Part shown: positions 19,796-29,574 of the stretch, in pieces
Position numbering within the stretch: the stretch's first letter is position 1
Layout: each line of letters begins with the position of its first letter
From: an uncultured virus (IMG/VR IMGVR_UViG_3300006103_001171)
Lineage: Duplodnaviria; Heunggongvirae; Uroviricota; Caudoviricetes
DNA length: 51,901 bases
Direction: 5' to 3' (one strand)
Virus record (IMG/VR): IMGVR_UViG_3300006103_001171
Notes under the pieces: model-generated
The model's input: the letters and a program-made list of their open reading frames with translations, nothing else
What the model was told of the DNA's origin: nothing
Database searches by the model: none
Position numbers and translations under genes: made by a program

Positions 19796-20131
19796 ATGGA
19801 ATTAGTCAAGGAATTATTCGATGTTTTTAGTCGTATCAGTGCTGAAACAAAAGTTAAAACAGCTGAGCATTCGGCGATTGATTCAGAACTTAGTCAATGT
19901 TATCACAAGATTGAAGGTATGAAATTAGACCATGTTGCTAAGTCACATAATGCCATCAAGGAACTACAAGATGTGCTTAGAAGACGTAGACGGATAAAAC
20001 ACGAAGCATCGACATTACAGATAATGCATACTAATCTAGCACCATCAATGCAAAATCTTAGTGATAAACTAAAAGCATCTAAAGCTAAGCAGGAAAAGCT
20101 GTTAACGGACCTAGAAAAAAATTCCTATTAA
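19796..20131 (+). CDS. hypothetical coiled-coil protein
   Basis: YHxIE...RRxIK motif. Confidence 0.7.
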   Translation: MELVKELFDVFSRISAETKVKTAEHSAIDSELSQCYHKIEGMKLDHVAKSHNAIKELQDVLRRRRRIKHEASTLQIMHTNLAPSMQNLSDKLKASKAKQEKLLTDLEKNSY

Positions 20132-20181
20132 AATTGTGAATATTCAAGTATTTTACATATATTTGCATTAAATTTATAATT

Positions 20182-20529
20182 ATGAAAGAAAATAAAGGTT
20201 TAGAGTTAGCAGAAAAATTAACGGATTATGTTAATACGTTTTCAATGAGTGAAAAGACTAAGGACTTCATCGAGGGTTTTAATCGTCAACACAGAACACT
20301 TCAACAATCTTCATTTAGATTGATACTCTCCTTGATTGAGAATATCGCCAGTGATGATTTTCGTGTTGATGGTCGTAATGAGGCTAGTAAAAAAGTTGCG
20401 AAGATGCTTCTAAGCGGTTTTCAAGCGGAATATCATAAGGAGCTTATAGCTACTGGCATTTCTGAGGAAGCTGCCAAGAAGTACATCGGTCCAGATTTCA
20501 AACCAAGTAAACACTTACCATTCATATGA
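20182..20529 (+). CDS. hypothetical phage protein
   Basis: HRTLQQ...DGRNEAS motif; own promoter. Confidence 0.75.
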   Translation: MKENKGLELAEKLTDYVNTFSMSEKTKDFIEGFNRQHRTLQQSSFRLILSLIENIASDDFRVDGRNEASKKVAKMLLSGFQAEYHKELIATGISEEAAKKYIGPDFKPSKHLPFI

Positions 20530-20634
20530 TAACAGTTATTTTAGTATTCATGTTTTCACATATAACCTATGCTGAAACACTTAATGATAAATCACTTATC
20601 CCTAAAATCTTAAGGGGTAAATAAAACTTATAGT

Positions 20635-21000
20635 ATGCTAATAAAAGAAAAAAAAGTCACTGAAGATGATTTTTATGATAAGTATCGACCTATCAAAAAT
20701 CACTTAGACCCTGATGCTGGTTGGGATGGGTGTTTATATGAGACATTTTCGGATGAATTGGAATATTGTTTTGAGTTATCTAAAAAAGAAAATAGAGTAT
20801 GGACAATACTTGAATGTGATGATATTGAACATGAGGCCGATGATGAATTAGATGATATTTTTGATGAAAATCAAGATGATGATTATGAACCAACGTGTTT
20901 TGTTATTGTCTCTGGATTTCATTATGTTAATCGTATTGGATTCTTTGTTACTGAAATACCTTATGAAGATAATGAAGATATTTATATTAAATTAACATAA
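20635..21000 (+). CDS. hypothetical acidic protein
   Basis: RVWT...GFHYVNRIGFFVT. Confidence 0.7.
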   Translation: MLIKEKKVTEDDFYDKYRPIKNHLDPDAGWDGCLYETFSDELEYCFELSKKENRVWTILECDDIEHEADDELDDIFDENQDDDYEPTCFVIVSGFHYVNRIGFFVTEIPYEDNEDIYIKLT

Positions 21001-21341
21001 TGAAAAATACACTCATTGGTTGTATATATGGTCTCATCGCTCAATTCCTAACATTTATTCAACTACAAGGTAACGTAAAATATCATCTATATGAGAAATA
21101 CCCATTTTGGACGTTAGCTTTAAGTATACCAATAAGCTGGTTATATATTCAATCAGTCGATTACTTAGTTAAGAGCTTTAATGGTGAGATTTTTCCTAGT
21201 CGCTTTATTGGTTTTAGTATAGGTATGATTGTTTTCACTTCGATGGCGTTAATATTATTTAAAGAACCAATTACATTAAAGACATTTATTTGTATGGTTT
21301 TATCATTTGGAATATTTGCAATTCAACTTTTTATTAAATAA
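21000..21341 (+). CDS. small 4-TM membrane protein (DMT/SMR-like)
   Basis: four hydrophobic segments; LFKEPITL. Confidence 0.65.
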   Translation: MKNTLIGCIYGLIAQFLTFIQLQGNVKYHLYEKYPFWTLALSIPISWLYIQSVDYLVKSFNGEIFPSRFIGFSIGMIVFTSMALILFKEPITLKTFICMVLSFGIFAIQLFIK

Positions 21342-21591
21342 ATTTTCTATAACCAAAGGATTAATCATTCCAGAGGATATGATGAGAACAATCATCACAT
21401 ATGATTATAGAAATAAAATGGATGTTGTATCTGGTGAAAGAATCCGTGATGAATTGTATAAGTGTTTAAAATATAACACAATTGATACATTAGATTACTT
21501 GGGTGATTTCCCTAAATTGAGAAACTATATATTCACAAGGGTTAAAGCAGATAACAATCCATTATGGCTTGAACCAACATTTAAATTATAA
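21340..21591 (+). pseudogene. C-terminal remnant of a CCA/poly(A) nucleotidyltransferase
   Basis: VVSGERIRDEL matches ISGERIRDEF of the intact enzyme at 42617; catalytic head absent. Confidence 0.7.
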
Positions 21592-21592
21592 T

Positions 21593-22015
21593 ATGGGAAA
21601 GATGTTAGATGATTTAAAAAAGAAATTGGAACATCCAGAAGTGATAGAACGAATGAAAAAACATTATAAAGATATTCAGGATAAAAAAGAAAGGAATATT
21701 AAACGTGCTCGTTTATTCTTTAATGATGAAAAATCATTTGAAACTTTCTTATTAAAATTAATTGATAAACATGACCAAAGATGGGAAGATGTTTGTTATA
21801 ATAATGGTTATCAACCACATCCTTGGAATTTGATGTATGGAGTATTGTATATCGTACAACGTGGTGGGGATGAGGTTATGCCAGTTGATGATTTAACAAG
21901 GAACTTTTCAAGTTTATTAATGAAGTATAATGATTTTACATTTGCTTGGACATTTGGTCAGGGAACTTGTATTTCAATATTTGATAAAAATAATGAATTA
22001 ATTTATAGAACATAA
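21593..22015 (+). CDS. hypothetical protein
   Basis: C-terminal GQG motif. Confidence 0.65.
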   Translation: MGKMLDDLKKKLEHPEVIERMKKHYKDIQDKKERNIKRARLFFNDEKSFETFLLKLIDKHDQRWEDVCYNNGYQPHPWNLMYGVLYIVQRGGDEVMPVDDLTRNFSSLLMKYNDFTFAWTFGQGTCISIFDKNNELIYRT

Positions 22016-22243
22016 GTAAACAAATTAGTAAAGAACCTTGGAATACTACATATTTTTCACTTTTTTAATATATTCTTAAACAATATAAAATTTTAAAAAA
22101 TAACATTAGAATGTCCTAAGCTTTTAATTTTTTAATTAATTCATTAGTTAATGTTATTGATATTATTTTTTTCATATCTTTATTATAATAAAAATATTTT
22201 GCAAAGTCAATTAAATTATTTATCTTTGTTTAAATTTAAAATT

Positions 22244-23182
22244 ATGAATAGAATTGGGTATTGTTGTATTTCACTTGGGATAAACATAAACCGTAGTAAA
22301 AAAAATCATATTACAGTTAATCGTGGTATGGTTAAGAAAACATTTATCGAAAAAGGAATTAAATATGCATCAGAATTGGCATACTTAAACTTATGTGATT
22401 TACTGGAAATTTTAAAATACAACGTAAGAAAAAATATATATGTTTATCGGTTATCTAGTGACCTATTTCCTTGGATGTCAGAATACCAATTACAAGATTT
22501 ACCGAATATCAAATCAATCAAGAGTAAGTTGATAGAAATCGGTAATTTTATTAAAAAATATGATATTAGAACAGGGGCGCACCCAGGCCCGTTTAACGTT
22601 TTAGCAAGTGAAAATCAATCAGTTGTTACTAAGACAATATTTGAATTGAATCAACATGCTGAACTTATGGACTTGATGGGACTGGATAAATCACACTATT
22701 ACCCTATCAATATTCATATCAATACAACTAAGCCAACTAGAGAATTGGCAGCTGCGCGTTTCGTTGAGAATTTTAAGCTTTTGTCTGATTCATGTAAGGC
22801 TAGGCTTACTGTTGAGAATGATGATAGTCCTAATCAGTATTCAGTTAAAATACTACATGACTTAGTGCATGTTCAAACTGGCATACCGATTGTATTTGAC
22901 CAACATCATTTCAATTATGGTCAACAGGACCAAACTATGGAAGATGCGTTAAAATTAGCACATTCTACTTGGACTGTGAAGCCATTGACACACATGAGTT
23001 CTTCTAAGACCTTAGAGGATTCTAAGGGTGTAGCAACAGCACACGCTGATTACATATATGAAAAAATCCAAACTTTTGGTTTGGATTTTGATATTGAGAT
23101 TGAGGCTAAAGCTAAAGACTTAGCCGTATTGAAATACATCAATGAGTTTACTTCAAAGTTAGAAGATACTTTAGTTGATTAA
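22244..23182 (+). CDS. uvsE: UV-damage endonuclease
   Basis: RIGYCCI, YRLSSDLFP, HPGPFNVL, ENDD, FDQHH, HADY, EAKAKD. Confidence 0.92.
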   Translation: MNRIGYCCISLGININRSKKNHITVNRGMVKKTFIEKGIKYASELAYLNLCDLLEILKYNVRKNIYVYRLSSDLFPWMSEYQLQDLPNIKSIKSKLIEIGNFIKKYDIRTGAHPGPFNVLASENQSVVTKTIFELNQHAELMDLMGLDKSHYYPINIHINTTKPTRELAAARFVENFKLLSDSCKARLTVENDDSPNQYSVKILHDLVHVQTGIPIVFDQHHFNYGQQDQTMEDALKLAHSTWTVKPLTHMSSSKTLEDSKGVATAHADYIYEKIQTFGLDFDIEIEAKAKDLAVLKYINEFTSKLEDTLVD

Positions 23183-23185
23183 CAC

Positions 23186-23953
23186 TTAATTTTTGATTCT
23201 ACCGTGAACCCATCCATTTTGTATATAGTTTTCTAATTGAGACACATTAATTTTTTTGAATATATTAAGTGATAAGTTAGAGACCCATCTAAATTGTTTT
23301 GCTTGATTAGCTATATTTTTTTTATGTATGTCTGTTTTACTTTTACCCTTTAACCCTTCACTAATTTTATCTGACCAATCTATTTTTCTACCTTTATTCG
23401 CCTTTGTTATTTTATTTTTGGTTTCTTCTGAAACTATTTTTCCAATATGCGATTTAGAAATTTTAGCTTTGGTTTCTTCACTTAATTTATTATTCCCATT
23501 ATTTATCCTAGTCTCAGCTGCACGTTTAAACTTGTCTCTATCAATAACATTAATTTTTTTACCTGTTTTTGTTTTTGAAATTTTTTTATATATTTCGCTT
23601 TTTTCTTCATCTGTTTTTTTAGCTTTTGTTTTTAAAATTTTTTCGTATATCTTACTTTTTTCTTCTTTTGTTTTTCCTGCCATTGAATTTCCACCATCAC
23701 CACCTGTATGGATATTGTAAAAGTCATCCGATTCAACGGCTGAGTAGATTTTAATAAAATATTTTTCTTTTTCGTTTAAATCGTTAATATTAGTACACGT
23801 CTCAAGAATTTCTTTTTTAAAATTTTCTTTTCCGTATTTTTTGATAGCTTTTTTAAGTAAAACCCCAGAACCTAAATATTCTGGGTTATTTTTACTGTCT
23901 TTTCCAATATATTTTTTATTATTTAATAGATTCGTTGTTAAGTATATTATCAT
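23186..23953 (-). CDS. GIY-YIG homing endonuclease (Seg-like, NUMOD3-type repeats)
   Basis: IIY..KYIGK..YLGSG; SEETKAKIS repeats. Confidence 0.9.
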   Translation of the reverse strand: MIIYLTTNLLNNKKYIGKDSKNNPEYLGSGVLLKKAIKKYGKENFKKEILETCTNINDLNEKEKYFIKIYSAVESDDFYNIHTGGDGGNSMAGKTKEEKSKIYEKILKTKAKKTDEEKSEIYKKISKTKTGKKINVIDRDKFKRAAETRINNGNNKLSEETKAKISKSHIGKIVSEETKNKITKANKGRKIDWSDKISEGLKGKSKTDIHKKNIANQAKQFRWVSNLSLNIFKKINVSQLENYIQNGWVHGRIKN

Positions 23954-24095
23954 TTTTGTTTATTTTAGTTATTTCATCACTTATAAAATTTCTAATTTTT
24001 TGGCTCATATTTATTGAGTGTTTTTCACAAATCTTTCGATATTCATTATACATCGATTCATTAATTTTAATTAATATTGTTTTATTTTTTTTCAT
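23919..24095 (-). CDS. small ribbon-helix-helix-like protein (58 aa, not in ORF track)
   Basis: MKKNKTILIKINESMYNEYRKICEKHSINMSQKIRNFI..; follows ATATTTAT promoter, overlaps GIY-YIG start. Confidence 0.7.
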   Translation of the reverse strand: MKKNKTILIKINESMYNEYRKICEKHSINMSQKIRNFISDEITKINKNDNILNNESIK

Positions 24096-24182
24096 GGTAT
24101 ATATCTTTATATATAAATATATATTAAAAACAAAAAAGACACATAATTTATGTGTCTTAAAAAAAATAATTTCATTAAACCT

Positions 24183-24554
24183 TTATTTTAATGATAAAAG
24201 ATAACGCAACTTATTTACACTACCTAAAATTTCATCACGGATATTAAGAAGGTCAGAATCTTCTTCTGGTGAAAGTTGATTATTTAAATCAATTAAGAAA
24301 TCTATTATTGTTTTTATAAATATATTTATATCTAAGTCTTTTAGATTAAATAAATCAATAGTTGCTTTCTCACCAGAGAACTCAAAACGACCTTTTTTAC
24401 CCATACTAACTTCAACAAATTCATCAATATTCTCACCTAAGCTCTTATAGATTTTATCGTATGTTTTGTGTCTGGAATATGTTATTGTTTGCCAATGATA
24501 AATTTTAAATTGATTTTGAATTTGCATCAGCATTAACACTATATCTTCTTTCAT
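24183..24554 (-). CDS. ferritin/Dps-like phage protein (DUF5856-like)
   Basis: HWQT..Y..HK...D.FVE...NIRDE...LRYLL. Confidence 0.75.
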   Translation of the reverse strand: MKEDIVLMLMQIQNQFKIYHWQTITYSRHKTYDKIYKSLGENIDEFVEVSMGKKGRFEFSGEKATIDLFNLKDLDINIFIKTIIDFLIDLNNQLSPEEDSDLLNIRDEILGSVNKLRYLLSLK

Positions 24555-24626
24555 AATAGAACTTTATTTATAAATATTCGAATTTTTAATAAAAAATAAC
24601 GTATATTTGCGTTTAAATAATAAGAT

Positions 24627-24911
24627 ATGGATTATAACTTAAAAGAAGATAACGTTACAGTAAAATCATCAACGGTGATTAAATTATCTGAGTACTTAAC
24701 ATTAACAACTAAAGATGAAACTTTTGATTTAAGGGTTGATATTTTGGCTGATTTTGAAAATATACCCATAAAATATCATGAGGTGTTTTTAAACATGCTC
24801 ACAGCAAAGTACTTGAATAAGGTATCCTTTAGTGATAACCCATTCAGTGTTTGTCAATTAAATAAAAAAAGAAAATGGTGGAACTTTTTTAGAAAATTCC
24901 CAAAAAAATAA
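24627..24911 (+). CDS. hypothetical protein
   Basis: ORF after promoter. Confidence 0.65.
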   Translation: MDYNLKEDNVTVKSSTVIKLSEYLTLTTKDETFDLRVDILADFENIPIKYHEVFLNMLTAKYLNKVSFSDNPFSVCQLNKKRKWWNFFRKFPKK

Positions 24912-25109
24912 AATTATTTTTCACAATTAAAATATAAAAAATGCCTTCAGAAAAAAGTTTAAAATTGACCGCAAGTATAATATCTATACTATTATTAGTT
25001 TATTTGGTTTTCTTTCACATTGGTTTATTGTTGGTGATTATTGGGATTTCATTTCTTATAGTTATCGGAGTTTTACTCTTATTGAAAAAATTTAAAAACT
25101 TATTAGGTG

Positions 25110-25199
25110 ATGGAGATTAATAACGAATTATTTGAGAAAGCCCTTATATTTGCAGCGAAAAAGCATAAGGGTCAAAAAAGATTTGCAAGTTTAAAATAA
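25110..25199 (+). pseudogene. N-terminal remnant of SpoT/Mesh1-like HD-domain hydrolase
   Basis: MEINNELFEKALIFAAKKHKGQKR then runs into the next promoter; AxxFAxxxHxGQxR motif. Confidence 0.7.
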
Positions 25200-25223
25200 A
25201 AGTTGTATATTTGCATTTCTTAT

Positions 25224-25295
25224 GGTGAGGTAGCTCAGTAGTAGAGCACAATTTTGAAAAGATTGGTGTCGGTAGTGCGAATCTGCCCCTCACCA
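25224..25295 (+). tRNA. tRNA-Phe(GAA)
   Basis: acceptor GGTGAGG/CCTCACC; loop TTGAAAA; own promoter. Confidence 0.85.
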
Positions 25296-25299
25296 CACG

Positions 25300-25323
25300 A
25301 TATCGGGATATTCCGAAAAAGTC
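25300..25323. repeat. 24-bp palindromic element, copy 1
   Basis: ATATCGGGATATTCCGAAAAAGTC identical to 27659-27682. Confidence 0.85.
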
Positions 25324-25359
25324 ACGTCAATATTGACACGTAATTAAATACTTAATTTT

Positions 25360-26013
25360 ATGAGTTTAAAAGATTTGTTCATTGTTAATGATGAAAACGC
25401 ATCAAAACAAGCTGAACCTAAACAAGCAACATCGTTTCCAACTAGTGCGCCAGTTACAAGTTTTCCAACATCTGCACCAGCTTTCACACCGCAAGTTAAA
25501 GATGAACATCTAAACAAATTTGTTGAGCAGTATCAATCAACTTTTGATGCCCTTAACCAAGCTGGATATGATTTTTATGAATTTTTCAATGCCATCATTA
25601 AGACAAATGGTGTAGATAATCTACAAATGTATCAAATGGCTTTAAGTATGGCTACAGCCATGGATGCCAGTATTACTAAGGAAAAATTGGTATCTCAAGC
25701 GGATTATTACCTTAATGAACTTAATAAAGTTTATAATCAGTATGTTAGTGATGGGAACACCAAAAAATCTAATTTGGTTAATCAGAAAGAGTCTGAAAAA
25801 CAATCATTAACAAATGACTTAGCCTCACTTAATCAACAATTGTTATCTATTCAATCTCAAATTAGTGAGAAACAATCAGCTTTATCTAGCATTGAGGATA
25901 AATACTCACCACTTATTGCTGAAGTTGGTAGTAAGTTACTGGCTAATGATTCAGCAAAAAATGACCTTGTAAATAAGATTTCTAAGGTAAAAAATAATCT
26001 TTCACAAATTTAA
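25360..26013 (+). CDS. coiled-coil protein of OmpA/ABC module
   Basis: N..GYDFYEF motif, C-terminal coiled coil. Confidence 0.75.
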   Translation: MSLKDLFIVNDENASKQAEPKQATSFPTSAPVTSFPTSAPAFTPQVKDEHLNKFVEQYQSTFDALNQAGYDFYEFFNAIIKTNGVDNLQMYQMALSMATAMDASITKEKLVSQADYYLNELNKVYNQYVSDGNTKKSNLVNQKESEKQSLTNDLASLNQQLLSIQSQISEKQSALSSIEDKYSPLIAEVGSKLLANDSAKNDLVNKISKVKNNLSQI

Positions 26014-26065
26014 TTTGTTAGTTTAAAATAACTATCGTATCTTTGCGCAAATAAAAGTAAATAAC

Positions 26066-27205
26066 ATGCAAACACAAACTACAACAGCGACATCAACGCT
26101 ACAGGCAAATTTGATGCAATTGCCGATTCTTCAACACTTTGATTCAAATCAACTTGTTACTAGTGTGGATTCTTATCGTAAGGGTGAAAAGCCAATCAGT
26201 GGAATTTTAAAGCTATTGGCCCTTTTAGGTATTGGTTATGGCTTGTATCTAGCTATTACAACGATAATCCCACAATTCGTATTGGCTTTAGGTGTAATAG
26301 CCTATTATGGTACCATTGGTGCTGCAATTCTTTTTGGTATTGTTTTAACCCCTTGGATTTTTGGTAAAATGAGACAGCTAAGCAAATTCTTAGCTAAGAA
26401 CCTTATTCAAAGTGACCCATTTGGTGAATTAGCTACTCAAAAGCAAAAGATGATTCAAAACCAACAAGTGTTTAGAATTTCTAAGTCTAAAATTGATGCT
26501 CTTAAGAATGATATGCAGGTTGAAGCTAAGAAATCTGAGGATGATGCTAATAAACTTCAATCACAAGTTGTTAGTTTACAAGCTAAATGTTCAGCTCTTA
26601 AGACTAAACTAGATGATATGGTCAAGACTGGTGGTGCTGAGGCTAGAAATTCTGATGAATATGTAAATGGTCAATCTGATTTGATGAAAATGCTTGCTGA
26701 CAGCCAACGTATGTCAAATAAACTTACCCAAAGCAAAGACTTTATTCAAAAGTATGGTACTCGTGCTGCGGTTATGAAGAAAATGGGTCAAAAATTAGTG
26801 ATGGTTGAAGCTAGTATGGACATCAAAATAGCTGATTTCGATGCCACTGTTGAAATGCTTAAAAAGGATTATGATTTTGCTCAAAAATCTCGTGCTGCTA
26901 CTGATGCTGCTAAATCCGCTATGCTATTCGATAAATCTTGGGAATTGGATTATGCGTTGGATGTTGTTACAGCTACAATCGCTTCTGATATTGCCATTAC
27001 AAGTGGTAACCTTAGAGACATCGATAATCTTACAAGTAAGTATTCAATGGATTCTGACGAGTTGTACGCTAACCTTAACACTTTAGCTGATAATATCAAG
27101 GCTGGAAAAGACGATGTGCCAAGTGCTAAGCAATACAATAACGCTGATTATCAGTTCAGTGCTAGTGATAAACTTGGTTCTCAAGGTTTAACTGATATGT
27201 TCTAA
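26066..27205 (+). CDS. membrane-anchored long coiled-coil protein
   Basis: N-terminal TM helices then about 250 aa helical region. Confidence 0.75.
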   Translation: MQTQTTTATSTLQANLMQLPILQHFDSNQLVTSVDSYRKGEKPISGILKLLALLGIGYGLYLAITTIIPQFVLALGVIAYYGTIGAAILFGIVLTPWIFGKMRQLSKFLAKNLIQSDPFGELATQKQKMIQNQQVFRISKSKIDALKNDMQVEAKKSEDDANKLQSQVVSLQAKCSALKTKLDDMVKTGGAEARNSDEYVNGQSDLMKMLADSQRMSNKLTQSKDFIQKYGTRAAVMKKMGQKLVMVEASMDIKIADFDATVEMLKKDYDFAQKSRAATDAAKSAMLFDKSWELDYALDVVTATIASDIAITSGNLRDIDNLTSKYSMDSDELYANLNTLADNIKAGKDDVPSAKQYNNADYQFSASDKLGSQGLTDMF

Positions 27206-27272
27206 AAAAAAGTTGTAAAATATTTGGTGGAATGAAAGTTCCACCATATATTTGCATCATAAAAATAAAAAA

Positions 27273-27608
27273 ATGACAAAAGAAACAGTTGAAGTTAGTG
27301 TTGAATTTATTAAGCAAGCTTTTAAGGCTGCTTGTGATGGTTGGAAAGAAAAATTGCTCAATGAATTTCCAGATTTGGATTTATATGGTGGTCCTAAAAA
27401 GGGTGATTTACGTAAAGCTACAACTAGCTCATTAGTAGTCTATGTAACTAGAAATTCATTTGGTAATAGTTTTTCTGGTATTGTGGTAATTCCTGATGAG
27501 GAAAATAACTACCCAATTGGATATGTGAGTAAAGAATGGAGTGCGTCTAAATCCCAAATTTATGATGGTAAACCAATAGATGTCGCAGGAATTTTGGGGA
27601 TTAAATAA
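27273..27608 (+). CDS. hypothetical protein inserted in module between near-duplicate promoters
   Basis: TTTGGTGGA..CACCATATATTTGCATCAT on both sides. Confidence 0.65.
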   Translation: MTKETVEVSVEFIKQAFKAACDGWKEKLLNEFPDLDLYGGPKKGDLRKATTSSLVVYVTRNSFGNSFSGIVVIPDEENNYPIGYVSKEWSASKSQIYDGKPIDVAGILGIK

Positions 27609-27658
27609 AAAAAATTTGGTGGATTAAAATATTCACCATATATTTGCATCATTAATAA

Positions 27659-27682
27659 ATATCGGGATATTCCGAAAAAGTC
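27659..27682. repeat. 24-bp palindromic element, copy 2
   Basis: identical to 25300-25323. Confidence 0.85.
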
Positions 27683-27700
27683 GTTAAAAAAAAGTAAAAA

Positions 27701-29518
27701 ATGGGTAGTATTTTGAAAGTCAAGAATTTGACAACATTAGCAGAAGGTGTAATCGTATTCGTAGGATTGGCCGTAATTTTAACAGGTGTTTATTTCTTTG
27801 CGCCAGGTCTTCGAGTTTCGGGGTCAAAAGTCCTAAGTGGATTAAAGATTGGAAGTGAAAACATCGACAACGCTGGGGTAGCGGAGAAGATTAGTTTACC
27901 TTCAAAAGATGTATCAACAAAAGTAACAAGCAAGCCACTTAAGCGTATTGCTGAGTATGGTTGGAACGCAAACGCTGGTATGATTGTAGCAAATGGTGGT
28001 CCTCGTACAACTAAGGGTTCTATTTTAGAAGGTCTTGGTGAAAATATCGAAATCGTTAAGATTGACGGTGTATCAGATTTGCGTAACATGCAAGTAAGCT
28101 TTGTAGAAGAACTTAATTCAGGTAACGAAAATCCAGTAGGTGAAAAATCAGCGTTTGCTGTATCTATTATGGGTGATGGTGCCGTATTTTATGCAACCAC
28201 ACTTCAAGCAGAATTGGATAATAAATTTGGTAATGGTAAGTATCATGCACAAATAATTGGTGGTTATGGTTTATCATTTGGTGAGGATAAAGTTATCGGT
28301 CCAAGAATTTGGAAGGATAATCCTAAATCAATGGAAGGTGCTGTACTTAGTTCTGTAATCGGTGACGGTGACTGGGTTATTGCAATTAACTATTGCTTCG
28401 CAAACGGTTTAAAGGTTAATACAGATGCAACAACTTACGATGCACACGCCGTAAACTTTTTACCTAGTGAAAATGATGATTACATTAATTCTGTTAAGGA
28501 ACTTATTAAATCTCAAAAAAGTGGTTATACCGTATCATTGAAAGAAGTAGTTGATGGCAAATTGACAGGTAAAACTGTAAATAGAAAAATTGACGGTGCT
28601 ACTACATGGACCCCAGGTGACAAATTGGCATTCGAGAGTCTTTCTGGATTCACTGATGTAGTTTCTACTAGAGATTTCAATAACCAAATGTGTGCTGTAA
28701 TGGTAACCATTAAGGAATATGCGCTTAAGCATGACAAAGAAGTGTCGAACATACTTAAAGCGGCATATGAAGGTGGTAATCAAATCAAGACAAGTGATGA
28801 ATGGTTACATGCGGCTTCTGATGCGGTAGCTAAGACATACAACTTTGAAAATGGTAAGTACTGGTACGACATGTTTAAGGGTCAAAAAGGTACTAAAGAA
28901 GGTCTTGATTATAGTGTTGGTGGTAGTAAGGTGTTTAACTATGCTGATGCTTTGCAATACTTTGGTATCTCTGATGGTGTTAATCGTTATAAATCAGTAT
29001 ATGACCAAATCTCTAAATACTTAGTTGAGTTAAATCCATGTGATTTCAATAAGACATGTAAATCTGGTCCATTAGCTTATGATGATGCTGTTAATTTGTA
29101 CTTCTTGAAGTCTATTAATGATGTTCATACAGGTAAAAAGGATAGTGTTAGTTATGCTGAAAATAAGACAACTGTAATGGCTGATGGTAACTGGAAGATA
29201 AACTTTGCAACTGGTAGTTCAACTATTAGTGAATCATCTTCAAAGGACTTAGAAACAATTTACAACTTATTAATTCAAGCTGAAAATACTAAACTTAAGA
29301 TTATTGGCCACACCGATAATGTAGGAAATCCAGATGCTAATTTGACATTGTCTAAGGGTCGTGCAAATTCAGTAGCACAATACTTGAAAGATAAAGGGGT
29401 TCCATCTGAAAGGTTCCAATTAGTGGATGGTGCTGGTGATACACAACCTGTAGCTGATAATAGCACCGCTGCTGGTAAAAGTAAGAATCGCAGGACTGAA
29501 ATTCAATTATTAAAATAA
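27701..29518 (+). CDS. ABC substrate-binding (NitT/TauT-like) domain fused to OmpA C-terminal domain
   Basis: N-terminal TM; INFATGS, GHTDNVG..N..LS..RA, NRRTEI. Confidence 0.85.
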   Translation: MGSILKVKNLTTLAEGVIVFVGLAVILTGVYFFAPGLRVSGSKVLSGLKIGSENIDNAGVAEKISLPSKDVSTKVTSKPLKRIAEYGWNANAGMIVANGGPRTTKGSILEGLGENIEIVKIDGVSDLRNMQVSFVEELNSGNENPVGEKSAFAVSIMGDGAVFYATTLQAELDNKFGNGKYHAQIIGGYGLSFGEDKVIGPRIWKDNPKSMEGAVLSSVIGDGDWVIAINYCFANGLKVNTDATTYDAHAVNFLPSENDDYINSVKELIKSQKSGYTVSLKEVVDGKLTGKTVNRKIDGATTWTPGDKLAFESLSGFTDVVSTRDFNNQMCAVMVTIKEYALKHDKEVSNILKAAYEGGNQIKTSDEWLHAASDAVAKTYNFENGKYWYDMFKGQKGTKEGLDYSVGGSKVFNYADALQYFGISDGVNRYKSVYDQISKYLVELNPCDFNKTCKSGPLAYDDAVNLYFLKSINDVHTGKKDSVSYAENKTTVMADGNWKINFATGSSTISESSSKDLETIYNLLIQAENTKLKIIGHTDNVGNPDANLTLSKGRANSVAQYLKDKGVPSERFQLVDGAGDTQPVADNSTAAGKSKNRRTEIQLLK

Positions 29519-29541
29519 TTTAATCAGTTAATAAGTTAAAA

Positions 29542-29574
29542 AATAAGGTTAACCTTTAAAGGTTAACCTTATTT
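29542..29574. terminator. perfect palindromic terminator
   Basis: AATAAGGTTAACCTTTAAAGGTTAACCTTATT. Confidence 0.75.

Noticed and set aside
23182..24150. ACAC(T/A)TAATTT as duplication around the RHH/GIY-YIG cassette
   Set aside because: Imperfect and AT-rich; suggestive only
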